Shown: positions 55,194 through 62,881 of the stretch, piece by piece
Numbering within the stretch: the first letter of the stretch is position 1
How the letters are laid out: each line of letters begins with the position of its first letter
Source: Candidatus Latescibacterota bacterium
Lineage (GTDB): Bacteria > Latescibacterota > UBA2968 > UBA8231
Assembly (NCBI GenBank): GCA_965203355.1
Contig: OZ241889.1
Coordinates: 3,904,001 to 3,968,000, forward strand
DNA: 64,000 bases
Direction of reading: 5' to 3'
The notes under the pieces: model-generated
Database searches by the model: none
The model's input: only the letters and a program-made list of their open reading frames with translations
Told to the model about the DNA's origin: nothing
Position numbers and translations under genes: made by a program

Positions 55194-57617
55194 GTGCTCG
55201 GAAGGAAAAATAGAAACCCGAACCAAGAGATAGAAGAATATCGGGATCTAATGCAGGTCCCGGACCGCTTCGAGAACGGCTTTACGATCAAGGCTATACT
55301 CGGTGTGTTCTTCGTCGCCTTCATCATGGTGCCGGGCAACATGTACTTAAGCCTGATGATCGGCGGCTCTTTGGGGGCCGCGGCCGAGTGGGTGACCATC
55401 ATCCTCTTCGCCGAAATCACCAAGCGCTCCTTCTCCTCCCTCCGGCGCCAAGAAGTCTATGTGTTGTTCTACGTGGCTTCCTCGCTGATCGCCGCGGAGA
55501 CCGGCGCCTTTGAGGGCTTGCTCTACAACCAGTACTTGGTGCAATCGCCGGCGGCCAAGCAGTTCGGCATAACCAATCTGATCCCCACTTGGGTGGCGCC
55601 GCCGGCCGACTCCCTCGCCATCATCGAGCGCACCTTCCTGCACTCGGATTGGGCGATGCCGATCGTCCTCCTAGTCTTGGGGATGATCATCTCGCGCATC
55701 AACTGGTTCACGATGTCGTACGCGCTCTTCCGGCTTAGTTCCGACTACGAGCGCCTGCCCTTTCCCTTCGCGCCCGTAAACGCCCAAGGAGCTACGGCAC
55801 TGGCCGAGACCACCCAAGGGGTTGAGACGTGGCGCTGGCGCGTATTTTCGGCCGGGGCGATGATCGGCTTGGTCTTTGGCACGATCTACGTGGCCCTGCC
55901 GGCGATTACGGGCGCACTGCTGACCGAGCCGATCCAACTCATACCCATTCCCTTTATCGATTTCACGCAAGTTACCGGCAACTTCATCCCGGCCACTCCG
56001 CTGGGATTTTCTGCACACTTGGGGCCGGTGTTCACCGGGCTAGTGGTCCCATTCTGGGGCGTGGTCGGCACCTTTATCGGCGTGGTCGTCGCCTCAATCG
56101 CCAATCCGCTGCTCTATACTTGGACGCCGCCGTGGCGCGAGGACGAGGGGCCTTACCTGAACTTGTGGCAGCAAGGCATGGGCACGGTCGAGACCTTTTT
56201 CGTCAACAACGTCGATTTCTGGATGAGTTTCGGCATCGGCACCACCATCGCCATCGCCGTCATCGGCATCTATCAGGTGTTTCAGAGCGTGCGCAGTGCT
56301 AGGGCCAACGCCGGGAATGAAGGCGAGCCCAAGCGCAGTTTCGCCACGCCAGTGGGCCGGGGCGATTTCCCCATCTGGCTGGCGCTGGCCCTATACGCCT
56401 TGGCCACGGCTGGCCTGATAGGCATCGCCGCTTGGCTGCTGCCGGGCATTGCCCAATTTATATGGTTTTTCCTCTTTTTTGGTTTTGTATTTACGCCCTT
56501 TCAATCCTTTGTCAACGCCCGCCTAGTCGGGATGGTGGGGCAGACGGTGGACATCCCCTTCGTGCGCGAGGCCACGATTATCTTCTCTGGGTATCGCGGC
56601 GTTGACATCTGGTTCATTCCGTTTCCCTTGGGCAACTACGGTGCCCAAACCATGAAGTTCCGCGAAATCGAACTGACCGGCACCCAGTTTACTAGCATCA
56701 TCCGCGCCGAGATTTTCATGGTGCCCATCGTGCTCTTTACCAGTTTTCTCTACGGCTCCTATATCTGGAAACTGGCACCGATCCCCTCGGCCTCCTATCC
56801 CTATGCCCAGCTAATCTGGCGGCTGCGCGCCTACCAGCAATGCCTCTTTATCACCGGCACCATGCGCAGCGAACTAGCCATAGACAATGATCGGGCGGGA
56901 TGGACCCCGGCTAACCTGATTGAAAACGAGTGGTGGTACTGGCGGGTGCGGCTAGTGGATCAGGAGTGGCTGGATTCCAACGGCAAGCGCGGCCAAGTCG
57001 GTCGGTGGATGCCGACCCAAGTTTTCTACTCGTACTTCGAGCAAGGGGCGCCCGACATCGTCGCCGAGCGCTATCTGCGCGACGACCCGCTATCTGAGGA
57101 AGTTGTCGAGGGGCTACCGGCCATTGCGCCACTAAGGCCGACTATGGACGCCGTCATCCGCACCCCCCGCCCGACGCTCGAAGTGCAGGTTGAGCGGGCC
57201 GTGCCAGCGGGATGGTCCTTCTACTTTGAAGTGGATACCGATCCGCTCTTTACCAGCTCTTGGATCCAGCGTTCCACCGATGAGCCTTGGCTCTTTAAGG
57301 CCCTGAAAGAAGAGGTCATCGCCTTTGGTGCTGTCTTTGGGCTGGTGAGTTTCATTCTGCTGTCCATTCTCGGGCTGCCGATCCTGCTGATCTTTGGCTT
57401 CGTGCGCTCGCTGACGACCTTGCCGCATTTCGTGGTGACTGAGATCGTCGGTGCGCTCTTGGCCCGCTACTACTTTTGGAACAAGTACGGGCGGCAGGAA
57501 TGGCGGCAGTTTGCCCCCATTCTGGCCGTGGGCTTTTCCTGCGGCATGGCATTGATGGGGATGGCGTCGGTGGGGATCGCCCTGATCCAGAAATCGGTCT
57601 CCGTGTTGATCTTTTAG
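55194..57617 (+). CDS. OPT-like 'peptide transporter' membrane protein with a soluble Ig/FN3-like insertion
   Basis: GTG start with GGAGG RBS; many TM segments; ERLPFPFAPV, WRWRVFS.G..IG and IWKLAPIPS..YPY motifs. Confidence 0.7.
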   Translation: MLGRKNRNPNQEIEEYRDLMQVPDRFENGFTIKAILGVFFVAFIMVPGNMYLSLMIGGSLGAAAEWVTIILFAEITKRSFSSLRRQEVYVLFYVASSLIAAETGAFEGLLYNQYLVQSPAAKQFGITNLIPTWVAPPADSLAIIERTFLHSDWAMPIVLLVLGMIISRINWFTMSYALFRLSSDYERLPFPFAPVNAQGATALAETTQGVETWRWRVFSAGAMIGLVFGTIYVALPAITGALLTEPIQLIPIPFIDFTQVTGNFIPATPLGFSAHLGPVFTGLVVPFWGVVGTFIGVVVASIANPLLYTWTPPWREDEGPYLNLWQQGMGTVETFFVNNVDFWMSFGIGTTIAIAVIGIYQVFQSVRSARANAGNEGEPKRSFATPVGRGDFPIWLALALYALATAGLIGIAAWLLPGIAQFIWFFLFFGFVFTPFQSFVNARLVGMVGQTVDIPFVREATIIFSGYRGVDIWFIPFPLGNYGAQTMKFREIELTGTQFTSIIRAEIFMVPIVLFTSFLYGSYIWKLAPIPSASYPYAQLIWRLRAYQQCLFITGTMRSELAIDNDRAGWTPANLIENEWWYWRVRLVDQEWLDSNGKRGQVGRWMPTQVFYSYFEQGAPDIVAERYLRDDPLSEEVVEGLPAIAPLRPTMDAVIRTPRPTLEVQVERAVPAGWSFYFEVDTDPLFTSSWIQRSTDEPWLFKALKEEVIAFGAVFGLVSFILLSILGLPILLIFGFVRSLTTLPHFVVTEIVGALLARYYFWNKYGRQEWRQFAPILAVGFSCGMALMGMASVGIALIQKSVSVLIF

Positions 57618-57618
57618 C

Positions 57619-58611
57619 ATGAGCGGCTCGGTGGATTTCGCTTGGCAAGGGTTGCGGCTGTCCGTGCCCGACGATTGGAACCTCGGCCGAGTTGACGGGG
57701 ATTTTGAAAAGGGCTATGCCCGCCTCGACGACGCCGAAATCGTCCGCGCCGAGATCGAATGGCGGCGGCTCAAAGGCCGCGGCGAAGCCCTGCGTCTGAC
57801 CGAGTTGGTAGATCGCTATCTGGCCAACTTGCGAAAGAAGGCCCAAAAGGTCGATGCTCCCTTTGAGGTTCAACGCCGCGCCCGATTCCTCAAAAACAAG
57901 AAGTTCCTCGCCGGCCGCGAATACGAGGTCTTCACTTGGGAGGCCGACTTCCGCGCGTACAACCTAGCACTCGCCTTAGAGTCCGGGCGCGTAGTGCTCC
58001 TGAGAGTGCTGGCCAAGTTAGACGAGTTTTTGCCCGAGCAAGCCGAGGCCGTGTTCAGCTCGCTCGTCGATCAAGAAGGCGAGGCCGCGCATCTGTGGAG
58101 CGTGTATGGCTTGCGGTTCTTCGCGCCCAACGACCTCAAGCTACAAAGCCACTCCCTCAAGTCGGGCCACATCGAGCTAGCGTTTTCCCTCGGCAAACAA
58201 GTTCTAAAGGTACATCGTTTGAGTATGGCCCGGATCATGCTCAAAGACGCGCACATTCAAGACTGGTATCCAGTTTTTTTTAAGAAGCAATTGCGCGATT
58301 TCGTGGTGGATATTACTCCAGAAGCCGTGCGGGAACACGAGGGCATTCGCATCGAGGGGCGGCCGCGCAGCCGCTGGCGTCAACTACTGCGACCCCTGCC
58401 CTTTATGAACCCGAGGCCGCGCCTGTACATGCGGGGGCGCGTCTGGCGCGATACCAGCATCGACAAAATCGCCATCGTCGAGCACCTCTATCGCAAAAAA
58501 AACGCAGCAGACGATCTAGTCGCCAAGGTAGTAGATGGGCATTTTATCGAAAAACAAGGGACCCAAGCTGAGTCGGGCCGCCATGCTGGCGTCGCGGCCA
58601 ACGCGCAATGA
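57619..58611 (+). CDS. Conserved-looking soluble hypothetical protein with an internal duplication
   Basis: Starts 1 nt after the upstream stop; FAWQGLRLSVPDDW and WSVYGLRFFAPNDL begin two similar halves. Confidence 0.7.
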   Translation: MSGSVDFAWQGLRLSVPDDWNLGRVDGDFEKGYARLDDAEIVRAEIEWRRLKGRGEALRLTELVDRYLANLRKKAQKVDAPFEVQRRARFLKNKKFLAGREYEVFTWEADFRAYNLALALESGRVVLLRVLAKLDEFLPEQAEAVFSSLVDQEGEAAHLWSVYGLRFFAPNDLKLQSHSLKSGHIELAFSLGKQVLKVHRLSMARIMLKDAHIQDWYPVFFKKQLRDFVVDITPEAVREHEGIRIEGRPRSRWRQLLRPLPFMNPRPRLYMRGRVWRDTSIDKIAIVEHLYRKKNAADDLVAKVVDGHFIEKQGTQAESGRHAGVAANAQ

Positions 58612-58966
58612 GTCCCTGCACTGGGAAAACAACGACAACGGCGAGGTCCAGGTCTCAATAAAGCGCCAAGATACCTATAAGGTGCGGTTGTTGTCCAAGT
58701 TTTTCTACATTCCCAAGCAGCGCAAAATCACCCTCGACGAGGTCGGCAGCGAGGTCTGGCGGATGTGCAATGGCCGCAACTCGGTCGGCAGGATGATCGA
58801 GGAACTCAGCGACAAGTACCAACTCAATCGCAAGGAGGCCGAGGTCTCCCTGCTCCAGTATTTGAAGACCCTTGGGCAGAAGCGCTTTATCGGTTTTGTG
58901 TTAGAAAGCGACGAGAGGCCACCCGGTCGCGGCGCGGCCAGCGGAAAAAAATGGCAAAAAAAATAA
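58535..58966 (+). CDS. PqqD-family / RiPP recognition element (RRE) protein
   Basis: LDEVGSEVWRMCNGRNSV..MIEEL..KY......EVSL..YL..L..K.FI is the wHTH RRE pattern. Confidence 0.8.
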   Translation: MGILSKNKGPKLSRAAMLASRPTRNESLHWENNDNGEVQVSIKRQDTYKVRLLSKFFYIPKQRKITLDEVGSEVWRMCNGRNSVGRMIEELSDKYQLNRKEAEVSLLQYLKTLGQKRFIGFVLESDERPPGRGAASGKKWQKK

Positions 58967-59571
58967 ACAAAGGAGAGCAATTAGCTCGTCCCTTGTTTCT
59001 TCTGCACCCGCACCAAATCGCACGCTTTTTCTCCCATTTACTCAATCCCGCGCTGTTGGCACTCTTAGTCTTCGGCGTCCAAGCGCACGTGTTGGGCGAC
59101 TGGCTCGCCGGCTCGGTGGCGATCGGCATCTTCTCCTTGGTTCCCGGACTGTTACTCTGGTATTTGGTGCGCTCGGGCTATCTCGACAAAGCCTATACAG
59201 ACGACCGCAAAAAACGCGCTACTCTGCTCTTGCTGGGCGTCCTGTGCTATGCCTTGGGGAGTGCGGCCCTCTACGGGATCGGAGCCCCGCGCCTGATGCT
59301 GGTCACGGCCGCGTCCTGTGCCGTCAACGCGCTCTTGGTTTGGTGGATCAATCGCTCCTATAAGATCAGTATTCACGCGGCTGGTGTCGGCGGGGCAACC
59401 TGTGTATTGTTGATCAGCGTCGGCAGCGCGGCGTGGCCCTTCTTGTTCAGTTGGCCGACCGTCGCTTGGGCGCGGCTTTACTTGCGGGCACATACTCCCA
59501 TGCAGATCGGCGCGGGCGGTGCGCTGAGCGCGGGGAGTATGGCCCTGCTGTACCGTGTTTTCATCTGGTGA
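58951..59571 (+). CDS. PAP2-like membrane protein
   Basis: Six to seven TM segments; KISIH and WARLYLRAHT..Q motifs. Confidence 0.65.
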   Translation: MAKKINKGEQLARPLFLLHPHQIARFFSHLLNPALLALLVFGVQAHVLGDWLAGSVAIGIFSLVPGLLLWYLVRSGYLDKAYTDDRKKRATLLLLGVLCYALGSAALYGIGAPRLMLVTAASCAVNALLVWWINRSYKISIHAAGVGGATCVLLISVGSAAWPFLFSWPTVAWARLYLRAHTPMQIGAGGALSAGSMALLYRVFIW

Positions 59572-61755
59572 GTGCAGCACATGAACCAATCGTATAAGGG
59601 CTTTATAGATCGCCTGACCTACCACAACCCGGAAAACGGCTATACCATCGCGCGCTTAGTAATAGAGGGCCAGCGCGAGCGTATCGCCATTGTGGGGACG
59701 CTTGCCTCCATCCAAGAGGGCGAGAGCGTCGAAGTCGAAGGCGTGTGGACCAATCATCCCAAATACGGCAAACAGCTCAAGGTAGAGCACTATAAAGCCG
59801 TTTATCCCTCGACCCTTGAAGGTATGCAAAAGTACCTCGGGTCCGGTTTGATCAAAGGCATCGGGCCGCGGTCGGCCAAGCGCATTGTCGACCACTTTGG
59901 CGCGGAAACGATCGACATCATCGACGCGGATCCTCACCGGCTAGAGGAAGTCCCCAAGCTGGGCAAGAAGAAAGTCGAACTGATCGCCGAGGCCTGGGAT
60001 GAGCAGCGGCAAATCAAGGATGTGATGGTCTTTTTGCAATCGCACGGGATTACCACCGGCTACGCAGTGAAAATTTTCAAGACCTACGGCCAAGAGGCCA
60101 TCCAGAAGGTGCGCAGCGATCCCTATCGCCTAGAGCGCGATGTGGATGGGATCGGCTTCCGCATCGCCGACCGCATTGCCCAGCGCTTGGGCCTGGGCCA
60201 CGACGCACCCGAGCGCGTACAGGCCGGTATTCGCTACCTGCTCTCCGAAGCGACCGACGAAGGCCATGTGTACCTGCCGGCTGTCGAAATGATGGAACGG
60301 GCCGTCGAAATTTTGGCGATCGACGCCGAATCGCTGCCGCCAGCATTGGAGGCCCTGCGCGCCTCCGACGGCGTGGTCACCGAAGACTTGCGCTACTATC
60401 TGCCGCCACTCCACCGCGCCGAAGTGGGCACCGCATCGTCGCTAAAGCGGCTTCTACAAGCACCGGCCGAAGAATTGGCTGTGCCCGCAGAAGCAGAAGA
60501 CGAGCTGGAATTGGCTCCGGCGCAAAGACAGGCCGTGGAACTAGTGGCCACCAGCAAGGTACTGGTGCTGACCGGCGGTCCGGGTACGGGCAAGACCACG
60601 GTCACTCGGCGCATCTTGCGCCTGTTGGAGGAAGGTGGCCTCAAGGTCGCGCTGTGCTCGCCTACGGGCCGCGCCGCCAAGCGGCTGAGCGAGGCCAGCG
60701 GGCGCGGGGCCAAGACCATTCATCGGCTGCTCGGATTTCAGCCGGGCGAGCGGCAATTCAAAAAGGGCTACGACGACCGCCTCGAAATCGACGCGCTGAT
60801 CGTCGATGAGGCTTCCATGATCGACGTGGTACTGATGAACGCGCTCCTGCGCGCCCTACCCGATCACGCTCGGCTGGTGCTAGTCGGCGACATTGACCAA
60901 CTGCCCTCGGTGGGGCCGGGCAACATGCTCCGCGACATCATCGACTCTGCTGAAGTGCCGGTGGTGCGTCTGACGCAGATTTTTCGCCAAGCGCAAAGAA
61001 GCCACATCATCCGCAACGCGCACCGCATCAACAGCGGCGAAATGCCTATCGTCGAGAACCAAGCGGACGCGGATTTCTACTTCATCCAAGCAGGTGACCC
61101 AGAGCGGGTGGTCGAGTTGGTGGAGGAGTTGTGCGCCACGCGGCTACCCAGCTATCGGCGATGGGACCGGCGCAACGACATCCAAGTGCTTGCGCCCATG
61201 TACCGCGGCGAAACTGGCGCACTCAACCTCAACCAGCGGCTGCAACAGCGCCTCAACCCGCACGGCCAAGCACATGGCCATCGCGGGGCTGAGTTCCGGG
61301 TGGGCGACAAGGTCATGCAGGTCAAAAACAACTACGACAAGGGCGTTTTTAACGGCGACATCGGCGCGATCGAGCGGCTCGACGCAGAAAAGCAGCTACT
61401 CTACGTGCGCTTTGACCACACTTTGGAATACGATCAAGTCGATCTCGACCAGCTAACCCTCGCCTACGCCATCAGCATCCACCGCTCTCAAGGCTCGGAA
61501 TTCCCCGTGGTGGTGCTGCCGCTGACGACGCAGCACTACGTGATGCTTCAGCGCAACCTGCTCTACACGGCGATTACCCGCGCCAAGCAAATGGTCGTCA
61601 TCGTCGGTACCCTCAAGGCCCTCAAGCTGGCCATTGCCAACGATAAGGTCGCCCAGCGCTATACCACGCTCAAGGAGCGGCTGCGCGGCGAGGTCGGTAC
61701 GGTGATGGAAGCGGGGCAAGCCATCCCATTGGAATCAACACTGCCGAGCGATTGA
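59572..61755 (+). CDS. recD2: ATP-dependent RecD-like DNA helicase
   Basis: HPKYGKQ, YLGSGLIKGIGP, GGPGTGKT, VDEASM, GDIDQLPSVG and LAYAISIHRSQGSEF motifs. The start may be ATG at 59581. Confidence 0.95.
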   Translation: MQHMNQSYKGFIDRLTYHNPENGYTIARLVIEGQRERIAIVGTLASIQEGESVEVEGVWTNHPKYGKQLKVEHYKAVYPSTLEGMQKYLGSGLIKGIGPRSAKRIVDHFGAETIDIIDADPHRLEEVPKLGKKKVELIAEAWDEQRQIKDVMVFLQSHGITTGYAVKIFKTYGQEAIQKVRSDPYRLERDVDGIGFRIADRIAQRLGLGHDAPERVQAGIRYLLSEATDEGHVYLPAVEMMERAVEILAIDAESLPPALEALRASDGVVTEDLRYYLPPLHRAEVGTASSLKRLLQAPAEELAVPAEAEDELELAPAQRQAVELVATSKVLVLTGGPGTGKTTVTRRILRLLEEGGLKVALCSPTGRAAKRLSEASGRGAKTIHRLLGFQPGERQFKKGYDDRLEIDALIVDEASMIDVVLMNALLRALPDHARLVLVGDIDQLPSVGPGNMLRDIIDSAEVPVVRLTQIFRQAQRSHIIRNAHRINSGEMPIVENQADADFYFIQAGDPERVVELVEELCATRLPSYRRWDRRNDIQVLAPMYRGETGALNLNQRLQQRLNPHGQAHGHRGAEFRVGDKVMQVKNNYDKGVFNGDIGAIERLDAEKQLLYVRFDHTLEYDQVDLDQLTLAYAISIHRSQGSEFPVVVLPLTTQHYVMLQRNLLYTAITRAKQMVVIVGTLKALKLAIANDKVAQRYTTLKERLRGEVGTVMEAGQAIPLESTLPSD

Positions 61756-61758
61756 TTC
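61715..61758 (+). repeat. 44-bp direct repeat, copy 1 (3' end of recD2)
   Basis: 39/44 identical to 62827-62870. Confidence 0.8.
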
Positions 61759-61831
61759 CACAAACTATCATCTCCACAGCTAGTCCGATATTGGATGGTC
61801 GCCGGCGTTGGTTGTGCAGTTGTAGCCATAC

Positions 61832-62602
61832 CTAGGCATCTTCTGCGACGAGGAGCGTATGCACCCCGGTCTCGTCCCCTCTTTGCTGGTCTTGCGGTTG
61901 GATGCGACAGCCGACCACCACCGCCAATGTATCCTGTAAAAAAACTGCGCTCAGGGCATCAGCCGCCTGCCGGGCCCGTTCCAAGTCGCGTTGGCTGATG
62001 GCGTTGGACACCTCCACGGCTACCCACACCGACGTGCGGTTCACCTGGTGCTGGGCCCGGATGATCAGGTCGGTCGCATTAATGCGCGTTTCTTGCCCGT
62101 CGTCAATGACTCCCCTATCAAAGGCTTCTTCCACCGGATCAAACAATTCTGGATGGGTATCTTGGACTGGACTTTGCAGAACCTGCGCCCGACGCAAGCC
62201 CAGCCGTTGGCTGAGCAGCGGTCGAATCCGCCGATAGATCTTCACTTCCAAACTGTCGCCTTTGAGTGCAGCCACATCCGTCTTGAGGACGGCCACATCT
62301 GTCTTGAGGACAGCCACATCCGTCTTGAGGACGGCCACATCTGTCTTGAGGACGGCCACATCTGTCTTGAGGACAGCCACATCTGTCTTGAGGACGGCCA
62401 CATCTGTCTTGAGGACAGCCACATCTGTCTTGAGGACAGCCACATCGGCCTCTATGCGCTCCAAGCGAATGGGCATGCCGAGGAACTCGTTAGTCAACAA
62501 GGCTCGCAACAACAAGGTCTGGGCTTCGGGGTCGGCTTGTAACTCAGCGATGATGCGATCGACCAAGGACTCGGAATCACGGAAAGAGGATGTCGTAGTC
62601 AT
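61832..62602 (-). CDS. Heptad-repeat coiled-coil protein with a C-terminal PD-(D/E)xK-like domain
   Basis: (VAVLKTD)x8 plus VAALKGD; TDLII...VAVEVS......DLERA motif. Confidence 0.75.
   Translation of the reverse strand: MTTTSSFRDSESLVDRIIAELQADPEAQTLLLRALLTNEFLGMPIRLERIEADVAVLKTDVAVLKTDVAVLKTDVAVLKTDVAVLKTDVAVLKTDVAVLKTDVAVLKTDVAALKGDSLEVKIYRRIRPLLSQRLGLRRAQVLQSPVQDTHPELFDPVEEAFDRGVIDDGQETRINATDLIIRAQHQVNRTSVWVAVEVSNAISQRDLERARQAADALSAVFLQDTLAVVVGCRIQPQDQQRGDETGVHTLLVAEDA
62270..62446. repeat. 21-bp coding tandem repeat (8 full units and 1 partial)
   Basis: gccacatc(t/c)gtcttgaggac(a/g) recurs every 21 bp with no spacers. Confidence 0.95.
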
Positions 62603-62826
62603 AGTCTATTGCTACTACATAGTTGGTGGACTCTGTACTCGACCACGAGGCTCAAGGTAGTACAGATGAAAAATAATATAAATAAAGCACGAAGCCTCTA
62701 CCAAGGGTAAAGCAATATACGTGCCAGCCCTGACAGTCTGGTAGAAAGAGCTTGCGGTCAGTGCCCAGTGTATCAGGAAGCACACACCGCTGGGTTGTTT
62801 AAGTGCTACTCCGGCTACCCCGGAGA

Positions 62827-62870
62827 GGCAAGCTATCCCATTGGAATCAACGCGGCCGAGCACTTGATTC
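62827..62870 (+). repeat. 44-bp direct repeat, copy 2
   Basis: Reads QAIPLESTRPST*, against the recD2 C-terminus QAIPLESTLPSD*. Confidence 0.8.
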
Positions 62871-62881
62871 GCAGTAACCAC

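Noticed and set aside
62270-62446. 21-bp repeats as a CRISPR array
   Set aside because: The units are contiguous with no spacers, lie in frame inside a CDS, and there are no cas genes in the window.
62749-62834. SAM-I riboswitch (GTGCTACTCC resemblance)
   Set aside because: It lacks the ATC...GAGGGA..GGCCC and GCAACC core and does not precede a same-strand gene. Kept only as a weak generic structure.
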